This document shows, in pieces, positions 36,601-48,600 of a DNA stretch of 62,000 nucleotides. The stretch is from Lama guanicoe (Eukaryota): NCBI GenBank assembly GCA_013239625.1, contig MU054037.1, positions 124,001-186,000 of the forward strand. Direction: 5' to 3'. The notes beneath the pieces were generated by a model. That model worked only from the letters and a program-made list of their open reading frames with translations, ran no database searches and was not told the origin of the DNA. Each line of letters starts with the position of its first letter. The stretch's first letter is position 1. Both the position numbers and the translations under genes were made by a program.

Positions 36601-39600
36601 TTAAAACCAGCCCTGTTTCCTTAGATGATGTGGTTGTCATAGAAGAAAGATAGTGTGGTTGTCATAAAAGAATGTAAGAAATTGTGCCCATTTGAAGTCT
36701 TTTTTTTCCGGTTAGGTTTATACGTAAGGTACTTTCCTTATTTGGAGAAAAATTTGACCATAGGAAAACTAGAGTATGCTCTGTGGTTCAAAATCAACCT
36801 TACTCATGAGAGAAGAATAAACTAAATACACTTCATATGTATTTCAGATATTATCTTATATTCTTGAATATTTGGTCAGCGCAGATTCTTTGAGGTTGAA
36901 ATTGTGTTCTTTCTGTTGTTATAAAAACTTACTTTTTTACATTTACATTTAGTAAAAATATATTAGCAGGTTAAAAATTCAAACCATGTAGAATAATGTT
37001 AAAGGAAAAGAACCTCAACACCCGCTGCCCTTGAAGAAACCTCATTTAGCTGTTTCTGTTTTTACTTTTTCTAGTAGCCTGCTACGTCAGCACTCAGGAG
37101 GTGTATCTCTTAATTCCAGTCTAAGTAAAATAAGGAAGTCTGTATGTGTCTAAGTAAAATAAAGTCTGTCTTCTTCCTCTTTTGCCTATTGCCTACCTCC
37201 TGGCTTTAATCAGTTGTACCTTTAATTTTATTTCTTTTTATTTAAATTTAAATTGTTTATTTTTCTTAATACATACTTTGCTCAGAATTCAAAAAGTACA
37301 AAATGAAACTCTCCCAGACACCTCTTCCCTTCTACAGAGGCAAACGAAGTTACTAGTTTTTCCTTCCAGAGATATTGATGCTAACCCAAGTGAATACTCA
37401 TATTCTTTTTTTTTTAATTTAAATGCTACAATGTCATAAACAGTGCTCTGCACTTTGCTTTGTTGACTTGATCTTCAGAGTTTGTTCCCTATCAGTACAT
37501 AATAAGCTTCCTCATTGTTTGCATAGTATAGTTGCATAGCATTCCATTATATGGATAAGCCTAATTTATTTAGCCAGTTTTATTGGTAAACATTCAAGTT
37601 ATTTTCAGTCTTTTGCTATTATACACAGTGTGACATTTTATAACCTGGTTCAAGCACCATTTCATACATGTGAAAATAAACCTGTGTGATAAATCCTAGA
37701 AGTAGAACTGCTAGATCAAAAGGTGCATGCATTTAAATTTTTAATAAATATTGCCAAATTATTCACCATACAGGTTGTACCAATTTACAGTCCCACCATC
37801 CACCTATGAGACGGCTTGTTACCCCATACCCTCATCAGCACTGGGTTATCAAACTTTTAATCTTTGCTCATCTGATAAGTGAAAAATAGCATCCCACTAT
37901 AGTTTTATTTTTCTCTTACTTTGAGTAAGGTTGAATATCTTGACATATACGTGAACAATTTGTTTTCTTCACTATGATGTATTTGTATCTCTTGCCCATT
38001 TTTATTGAATTACTGGTCTTATGACTTGTAGGAAATCTTTGTGTATTTGAAAAATTGGGTCTTTTCTGTAGTATGATTTGTAGATTTTTTTTTCCAGTTT
38101 GTCATTTGTCTTTTAACTTTGTTTATGGTTTTTATGCCATGCAGAAGTTGATTTTCATGTTGTGAAGTTTATCAATTTTTTTTTCAATTTTTGAGTTTTA
38201 GTTTAGACTTTGAAAGACCTTTCTCCTTAGAGATTATTTTCAAAGTGCCCCTTTCCCTTTCTCAGCACTATATGACTTTATCCTTTGTATACTTGTATAA
38301 CTTGTAGTCCTTCCTTTTAATGAGCTTGCAGGGCTAAGTGGATACGTGTACTTGATCCAGCCTTTGGACAACTGAAGTCAAATTGAAATCTCTTAAAACT
38401 CATACAGCCACATTGAGGGAGTGTGGTTTTGGGTGATACATGGCTGAGTACAGAAAGGGGATGGTTAATGACAAGGATTGAGGTTATAGTGGAACTACTC
38501 TGTATTATTCTTAAACCTACTATTTACATTTTTAAATCACATTTTCAAAGAACATTTGATAACATAGAAAAATGTTCCTAATGTAGATTAAGTGAAAGAA
38601 AAAGTATTTTTAAATATTTAGGACAAAAACATGAAAGATATTCAACATCATTAGCTATTAGGGAAATGCAAAACCACAAGGAGATGCCACCTCATAACCA
38701 CTGGGTCGGCTATAATTTAAAGATGAACAGTAACAAATGTTGGCAAGCACGTGGAGAAACTGGAACCATTGGACATTGTTGATGGGACTGCAAAATGGTA
38801 GAGCCAGTTTGGAAAACAGTTTGACATTTCCATAATAAATTGAACATAAATTTGTCTGTCTTCCCCAATTCCTAGTTTAGCCATGTTATTGCCTATGTCT
38901 GAGCCTTACTATAAAAAAAAAAAAAGAAGTTAAAAAAGCACAGGCATATGTGAGGATAGTTTGTATGGGCTAAGTTATAGTAACCTCCTAATTTATGTCT
39001 TCACTTTCATCAATCCTTCCTGCATCTTGGAATTACTTCTTCTAGAGTCATAATCTAACCCTCAAATCTCCTTCTTTAGTCTTTCACTGTTCTTGTGTTG
39101 AAATAATTTGCTTCAGTCAAGTGGTCTGCTCAAGGCCAGTGCCTGACACATGCCTGGTACATAGGAGACACTCAGTAACTATCCTAATTAATCAGTGACT
39201 GCCCCTCAGTGGCATCTTGTGCTGCTGTAGTTGCATACCGTTTTATATGCCATATCTCTACCTAAACTTTCCTCTAAGCCACATTGCCTTCTCTGTTATT
39301 GTGTAATGTTTAAGATACAGTGGCTACTTAATGCATGGTAAATGACCATAGGCAATCATCAGCACTTGAAGCAGATCTTCTTTACCCTTCTGCAGGCTAT
39401 GCATTGTACTTCCTGCTGTGTCATACCAGTTTCCCTGGAGATCCAGATATTGTGGGCCTATATAGGCCTCCAGTCCAACCCACAAGCTTATGTGTCAGGA
39501 GCCCGATTCCTGTACCAATGCCAGCCCATACAGGTAAGTCATGACTCATGAAGGACCACCAAGCCCTGCAAAGCCTGGATTGTCTTATCAGCCATTTGAT

Positions 39601-42600
39601 GACCAGATAATTCTTTAACTTCTGAGAGCCAGTTTATGCTATCAGCCAATGTTTGGTGAGACTGAGCTGACACAATTAACTTTCAAGTCTATCCTCCCTG
39701 CTTGGTTACTGAAATTAGCATGTTTCCATGGTGAATACAATCTATATCCTTTTTTACCCCTGTGTTTTGTTTAGTTTTGTTTTCTTTAATTTCATGAGAC
39801 TGGACTATAGTATAGGTTCGTTTCTTTTAAATTATTATACCATAATTACTATACTGGTTGATTCAACCACAGAAAAGATTTTCTATAATGGTATTCAGTA
39901 TGATGGTCACATGTTTATTAGAGTCTCTGAACCTATTGATTGTTAAAGTTACTTCTGTGACTAGTTTGTAGTCATCAATTCTTGTTTGATTGTGCTCCAA
40001 TAAAATAAATAATTTTAATATGTAGTAAACATATTCTTGATGTTTATGATGTGCCTAAGACAGCTTTAGCATCTGCCTTGGTTTTAGAGCCGAACCTTTA
40101 GCTTTAGAGATTCAAAAACAGAAATGATTAGGTCCTGGTAAACTGATTCATGTATAAACTGGTATGCCAGTTTATTAAATTTTAAAGAAAATTAAAACTA
40201 GTTGAAATTATTACCTGTAAGTCATTGCATTTACATCCCAGAGAAGAATGAAAGTAGAGACTGCATTTCGGTCAGAAGAAAAATGTCTTTAGCTCCTCCC
40301 TCACAACAGAGTTGTCAAGCCTTAGCTCTTTATGCCTATAAATATGTTAAAACTCAGGTTGCTAGAAACTGTGTTGATAAGAACATTCTATTCTCTCTGT
40401 GCTGGTTTACTGAATAAAATAGAACTCTTTCTGTAAGAGTCATTTAATCTGTTACAGATACTGCACTGAATCTATTGTTTTATTTTTATGAACTGTATCT
40501 TTATTTATGAATACCTGTGTAGTTTGGGAAGATACCTATAGAATTGTTCTTTTTATTCCCCTAAATCTCTGGCTCTTTTAGGCATGGAAGCTGCTCAGTG
40601 CCTCTTTCTTGTCTAGATATTTTTAATCATTATCTTTTTCTAGTATTTAGTAGAGGTTAGCTTTCCAGGCTAGTCTGTCCCCTCTACAAAATCACTCTTG
40701 CAGTCATTGACATCTAACTGTCCTAAGTGGTTGACAGTTGAGAATTTCAGCTGTGCTTCATTCATGCATAACTGAAGACACAGTATCTATTCCAATGATA
40801 GAGTAAAAATTAACTGTTGAGTTTATTGAGGGGTCACATGGCATATACAAAATCATGTACCTTAGAGTGATTTAAAGGATTTGCAAAGGTAATTTTGACT
40901 ATACAGAAATGTTCACTTTAAGGGCTGACTTGAGAAGCTCACTTCCATGAAAGATGCTATGCCCCTGTAAAAGTAAAAGGAGTTATGAAACACTGGTGTC
41001 ATATCACAAAAAAGTTAAGCAAGTGCAATTATTTCTTTCTATAATAGATAATTTTATCATCTGTGTTGAAAGATTTTTTTTTTTACTTCTTCAATCTTGA
41101 CTGGAAATTTTCTCCTGCAGTCACATAAACATACTCACTTTTTCTTTTTGCATTTATGCTGATTATTTGTCCTTAGCTTTAAACCACTTCCCTTATCCAC
41201 ACAGGCTTGTCTTTTAAGACCTCCTGTGAAATTTCTTTCTCATCATAGCAAGAGCCTGTTCAAAGAAAGCTAGTGTACATATTCCAAAGCTTCTAAAATA
41301 AAAAGAAGAGTTACACTTGCTCAAGAAGGTATATCTTCTGCAATTCTTCTCCCTACCCCACCAGCCACCCTTTGAAAGGTTGTAGTCGACATTGATCTGA
41401 CCCACGCTATGTCAGTCAGCTTAGTATGTCTAAGTATGTTTAAATTCCTCTCACTTTAAAAAGTGAAAGAGCAAAATTTTTGAAATGTTCCCAAGAACAA
41501 ACTACAAAATGGGGAAGATTTTAAGCAAAACACTATAGACTTCCCTGTCTTCTTGTATGATAATAATAATAGCAAAACATTTATTGAACATTTACTCTGT
41601 GACAGGCACTATTTTTTATAAGTGTTTTTTTTTAATAAATACTGAATTCTCACAACAAATCTATGAAATAAATAGGATTTATTTACATGGTACTCTGCTG
41701 CTTATGTTTTTGTTCTAATTGGACCTTTAAAGGGATCATTAAGTTTGGGGCTTAATAAAATATATCATTTTTTTTGTCTAAATATAAACTTCTTTTTCAA
41801 CTTAAAGAAGAAAATATATCTCAAGGAAAAAACAACCAGTTTTACAGAATATTTTGGCTCTGTTAAAACCAAAATAATAAGAACAACATAGCATGACAGG
41901 ATTAAGGCTCTGAACCTTTTCTGGAATTATAATATTCAATTCATTTATATCTTTAAGTGGATCATCATTTTGGGATTATCTGGGAGACCTGTTGCCTGAA
42001 GTTGAGGGTGGTAATTAAGAGCATGGGCATTGAATCTGACTGACCTAGGTCCAAATTAAGTTCTCTTTATTTCTCTAATCTAAGTATTCTACTTACTATA
42101 AAGTGGAGATGGATAATAATATTATGGGTTGTGCAGATTATATGAGATCATAAAATAAAACATTTAACAAATTTCCTGGCACATAGTGAATATTAAATAT
42201 TGCTCATCATATTGCCATTTTATTGTTATATCTTTTTTTGTTTCAAATTTCCTTAGAAATAGCATATCAATCGATTTAGAGCAAAACACAAGAGATAAGC
42301 AGGCATTAGAGCAGTGTTTCTCAACTTTTGTTGGCTATCACCCATGGCAAGAAATACATTTTACATCAAAATCCAGCTTATAATACACACATATATAAAA
42401 CTGAAAGAAAATTTTTATGAAATAATATCTTTATGCAACATTCTCTGTGATATTGTCTATTCTGTCATAGTTTATTCTGTGACCTTTTTTACTGCTAGAC
42501 ACTAATGGGTCACAGTTTGAAATTTGAAAAACACTTTTAGAGAATCTGACTACATTTCAAAGCTGATTGTACTGTTTTATTTAATAAATGCCTTTTATTC

Positions 42601-45600
42601 ATTGTAATTGAAAATTGGGGAGGAGGGGAGGATATAGCTCAGTGGTAGAGTGTGTGGTTAGCATGCACAGGGTCTTGGGTTCAATCCCCTGTACCTCCAT
42701 CAAATAAATAAACCCGATTACCTCCCTCCTCCAAAAAAAAAAAAAAATGGCAGTGTTCTTTACCTCAGTCAAATACCAGATGATAGAAAGACTGCCAGTC
42801 TCTCTACCAGTCTGTCTTAGAGGTTTTTAATCTTATGGACCCCACTGAGAATCTGTTGAAAGCTATTGACTTACTGGAAAAATACACAGACACACAGCAT
42901 TCTTTATATAGGTTCAGAGGATTTATTGATTTCTTGAAGGCAGGCTAAGAATCTCTGCCATAATCTCTTAATTAAACAGGGAGTATACTAGGAAAGATAC
43001 AGAACACTAAACAAAATAAGAATAATTCAACATTAGATTTTAGAAACAATAGCTACAAAAGACAGGACTCGGAAGAGGCTGCGTTGGCAACAGAGAGTTC
43101 TGTTGCTCTTTTCTGTTGATGTCTTGTAGAATACCAACTGACCTCTCTTCCGAGAAGGGACAACAGTAACACCACCAGTGAACCTGGTTGCTGTGACAGT
43201 CAGTGAAGTTTCTATCACTAAAGTCTTTCTTTTTCAACCACTATTTGCCTCTTTCTTAATGAATATTTAGACTGTAGAAGTACTTTGCCCTGTTCTGTGA
43301 TTCTTCAGAGCCTGTATTCAACATTACCTAGTTGACTGGGTTGTTTTCTTATCTTATTACCTCTTTTTTTTTTAAGAACTTTTGAAAGATATGCTCATTA
43401 TTTCGTATGTCAAAATATACAGCCACTTAAGATCTTCCCCTGATACATGATGTTTAGCAACATCTACTCTTTCACACATTCACTCTCTTTGATTCATTTG
43501 AAAATCTTGATAACTTCATTGACATCTTTAAAACAAGGGAAGGAATTTTAAATTTTTCACTGAATTCTCCCTGAAATACATGTTTTTATATGGAGAAATG
43601 ACGTATTTGTTATCTGGAAAATATTATATATAAATAATTCACTGATTATTTTTCAGAAATTATTATTCTTAATTTCACTGTTTAAATCATTAATTCTCCT
43701 AAAATCATAGTGTTAGTACCAGATATCAGCTAACTCCCTAAAATCATGTACTTATATGAGGAAAGATTAACTTTACATGGGCCTTTACAATATGCTTTAT
43801 AGTTAAATAAGTTCTCACAATCATAATAGATACTACCATAGCTGATTGTGTTAGATTAAAAGAGACTCATGAATATAACAAACAGATGCAACTCATGTTT
43901 TTTTTTTTTGCATTGGATTCTGATTTGGACAAACACTTGTAAAGTATATTTTGGGATAGTTGAGAAAATGAATATGGACTATATTTTAGATAGAAAGAAA
44001 TATTATTAACATGAAAAAGTAGAAGTTCATTTTAAATGTAGATTGTAAAACAGGCTTTTCAGTATGATCTCATATAGTTAAAAATGCATACATTGATCAG
44101 TCTGTGTGTATAGATAAAGATACAAGTGTTACTAGTGGTATCTTAGTGATGGAAATATGGTGTTTTTATTTCTTTTAATTCATCATTATTCTTTAACTTT
44201 TTACAATATAATTAACTGCTTTTGTAATAACTAAACTTTCTCAGAATCACTGTGTAACTGAACTCAGGCCTGGCTGCTTGCTGCTTAAAAATTAATATTG
44301 AGAGGTAATTATTGGTGGAAAGGAAAGTTGCTTTTAATCAGAATACTGGCAATCTGGGGAGATGGTGGACTCAGTGTCCCCAGAAACCAACTCCAAAGAT
44401 TCTGCTCAGCCAAGAAAGTTTTTAAAGGGAAAAAGAGAAGTAATCTCAGTTAAACATTGATAGGAGGTCAGAGTCGTCACCATCTCCCACTGCATGCAGG
44501 CTTGTCATACAGACTTGTCGACTTCTTGTGATCTTTCTTTAGATGCTGTCTTGTTCACACAGTTTGTTCATGAGATAACTGAAGGGGAAGTTAGGGAGAT
44601 CTGGCCATCTGTTAATTACTTATTCTCCATTTCTACTTCTTTGATCTATGGAAAGAACCAATAGGTTAGGCAACGTATTGTGTGATCAAATGATCTGAAA
44701 GGTGTGCTAGGGCTGAAGATGAGTGGAGCATGGAGTGCCTGGTTTAAAAGTTAGTTACAATATAGCTTTGCTGTGACAATAAAAGCGGTTCCTGTTGAGG
44801 GCAGTTTCCTACAAAGAGCTGCTTATTACTAGAAAAATACCTAAAATTAACTAGATTTTACTTTAAAGATGAATTTATTTAGTTTCATTCACAATAGCAT
44901 GAAAAAACATAAAATACTTAGGAACAAATTTAGCAAAAAGAATGCAAGACTTCTTCACTGTAGAACAGTACTGAGAGAAATTATAGGAGAACTAAATAAA
45001 TGGAGTGGTATACCATGTTCATGGAGAAGAAGACTCAATATTAAGATATCTATCCCCAAATAGATCTATAGAATCAATGCAAACCCAAAAAATCCAAGTA
45101 GCCATTTTTGTGGAAATTGACAAGCTGATTCTAAAATTTACATGAACATGCCAAGGACTTAGAATAGTCAAAACAATTTTGGAAAAGAACAAAGTTGGAG
45201 GACTTACTCTACTGATTTTAGGATTTGCTCTAAATATCAGTATGGTACTGGTAAATGGATAGACAAACAGACCAATGAGACAAATCAGGAGTCCTAAAAA
45301 TAGATCCATAAATCAATTCAATGGGAAAAGAACTTTTTAAAAAACAGTTGGTGCTGAAAGAGCTGGGTAAAACTGGAACTACTGAACAAACATATGGAGG
45401 GGGTGGAGAATGAATTAATTCCACACACAAGAAGTATTTGTGCTTCAGTCATAACCCTATACATGAAATCCAGAGTCATAAAGCTTCTAAAAGAAACATA
45501 GAAGAATATCTCTAAAAATCTAAAGTAGGCAAAAATTTCTTGGACAAAACCCAAAAATCATTAACCATAAAATTAAAAATCTGATAAATTTGATTTCATC

Positions 45601-48600
45601 AAAATTTAAAATCTCTGCCATCAAAAGATGCCATTATGAAAATGAGAAGCCAGGCTTAGTTTGGGAGAAAATATTTCTCAGTGCATTATCTAACAAAAGA
45701 TCATATCCAGAACATATAAAGAACACCCACAAATAAATAATGCAAGGACAAACACACACACACACACTAAAAAATGGGCAAAATATTTGAACAGATACTA
45801 TACAAAAGGAGATAAACAAATGACCAATAAACATGAAAAAGTGCTCAACATTGTTAGTCTTCAGAGATATGCAAATTAAAAGCGTAAGACATCACTCACT
45901 AGAATATCCAATAGAATATTCAGCTAAGATCAAAAAGATTGTGATAACATGAAGTCTTGCAAGAATGTAGAACAGCTGGAATTCTCATACATTACTAATG
46001 GGAATGAAAAGTGGTACAACCATTGGTCTTTTACAAATTCATCTTCCCTATGACCGAGCAATTTTACTCCTGGGTATTTACCCAAAAGAAATTAAAACAT
46101 ATGTACAAAAACAAGACTTGTACAAGAATGTTCATAGCAGCTTAGTCTTTATAGCACAAAACTGGAAACAACCTAAATATCCCTCATCAGGAGAATGGGT
46201 AAATTGTGGTATATTCACACTATGGAATACCCAGCAATAAAATAATGAATTACTGAATCTCAGAAACATTTGTCTTGAGTGAAAAAAGCCAAACACACAC
46301 AAAAATAAACTATAAGATTCCATTTATATGAAGTATAAGAATAGGCAAAACTAATCTTTAGTGATAAAAGCCAGAAAATGGTTGCTGACAGGGAATAGAC
46401 TGGAAAAAGGCACAAAGAAACTCTCTGAAATGATGAGCATATTACAGATCTTGTTTTGGGTGTTGACTTAATAGCTATACAATTGTCAGAACTCATTGAA
46501 CTGAACATGTAAGATGTGTACATTTTATTGTATATAAATTATATCCTAATAAAAAATTAAAACAAAAAGACACTTAAGAAAATGGGAAAAAGCCACTGAC
46601 TAGGGGGGAAATATTTCCAGTACATTTATCTGACAGAGCTCTTGTATTTAAAGAACTCTCACAGCTCAGTTATGAGCTGAAGACGAATCTGTTATAGTCC
46701 ATAGTCTGAGACATGTAAATACAAAAACATAAATCTAAGAGATGGTATCTACAGCTTTTTCTCTAATAGTGATTGTTTTCTTTTCATTTGTACTAATTTG
46801 ACATAGAAAATTAGTATATATTGGTTTAAAAATTGTCATTATAAATATATAGTAATATATAGGATGTACTTTTTATTACCAAAGCCAAACAAAATCTAAC
46901 AACTTTTCATGTTGTTACAAAATAAATCTTACTGGAGACAAAAAGAATTTTGCAGCATGTAAACTGAACTGAAGCAGAACTAAATTCCCTAAACTTCACA
47001 AAGTGTTGAAGCAGAATTGTTGGTGATAATTTCTGAAGTAAACATCATAAAATATTATACCTTAAGTTAGAAATAAATTAAGTCAACCAAAAATAAAAGA
47101 ACTAGATCCATAGTAAAAGAAATGCACTGACTTGGCTATGTGCCTTTTGCTTTAATAAAAGAAATGAGATAACCAGACTTTGAGGGATTTTTTTTCCAGT
47201 GTTCTTCTTGCTGCACGTGCTAAACAATGAGTTCTCTAATTTTGCTTATACATAACTTTTAAAATGCAAATAAAAACCTTTAGACTTCAGAATTGATGTA
47301 TAATATACTGAACTGAACTTTGAAACCTTGTTCTTCATGTGGCATTAAAACACAAATTCTAAAATGGATCAGTAACATTCAGTATTATCCAGTGACCTGG
47401 CAAGTGCATTCAAGTTCCTTTTAATTATTGGACTGTCTTTTAGACAATGCTTGTTCCAAACCTCCACACAAATATAGAGGCTGTATTTTTTACATATGAA
47501 GAATAAGCATTTCATATGAAATATTAATAAATATGTGAATAAATGAAGCACAACCTTTAGGGATCCTAATTACAGTGTGGTGGGAAGGATAAGGAGTCAA
47601 AGTGATCTATAACTGCAGACTCTTAAATTTTCTACCTTGTGATTTATTTATCTGTTCTATTAGTTCTGTATCTCCAAAATACCTCTATTCATTTGTGCAA
47701 CAAAAGATCTTTACTGAGTGCCTACCTTGTGTCAAGTATCATGCTTGGTGCTAGGTATAGTGCGGTAGACAAGGCAGGCATCATCCCTGCCTTTATGGGA
47801 GGTGTGGAGCAGTACTGAGGTGAGATTTAGAACACTGCTATGGAAATTCTCCAGGAGATGCTGATACCCTGGGTCCAGGTGGGGGCTGTGAGGGCTGCAG
47901 GAAGTAGAGTTCAAGGGACTTAAGGCTGTCACAGCTAGGACTTGATCGCTTAGATGTGGAGGTTGAGGGAGGGAATGAGTCAAGGATGATGGATAGAATT
48001 TATTTTGGGCATTTCATTCAGTTCTTTTATTTCTTTTATGTGGCAGAATAACCCTCATATTTTTTATCCCCTCTCCACCCCTTTTTTAAAATTTGGTTTT
48101 GTTTGTTTTAGAAAGCTGCCCTCAAGCTTCTGGAACCCACTTTGCCTGTCAAGAGACTGGAAATATACATCTCCCAGATGGCCCTTAACTAATGACTTAA
48201 AGGCCAGGAGTATGAAACCCTTGCCTTAGGCTGGGACCACACAAATTGTTGGGGCTGTGAAGCCTACCTTATAGCTCAGAGTTCCCCTGCAGATTAGGCT
48301 AATGCTAGATAATGATATAATTTATCAAATAAATTAGTAATTATCAAATTTATTGTATTAGTAATTTATCAAAATAACCTAAGCATATTTTTAAAGGCAA
48401 AAAATGCCAGGAAAGAGGGTCTCTTAAAAAATAAAAGCCCTATATCCCTCCTCACCATCCTGCTCTCCAGAAATTAACATGTTTAACTCTTTTACTCTTT
48501 CTTCTGGTATTTGCCTCAATTTGTAAGCAGTATCATACTCAGTTATCTCTTCATTTTGGAGTTTGTAGATACTGTATTGATGTCCTATTTTCATAGGTGA

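Noticed and set aside
42625..42700. tRNA-like sequences (also ~380-453 and ~54385-54456)
   Set aside because: They are SINE heads followed by the family tail and poly-A, not intact tRNA genes
44869..46523. Cluster of 60-96 aa ORFs in TCTN3 intron 13 (also 56598-58320)
   Set aside because: Fragments of decayed L1 ORF2 or its antisense strand, not host genes
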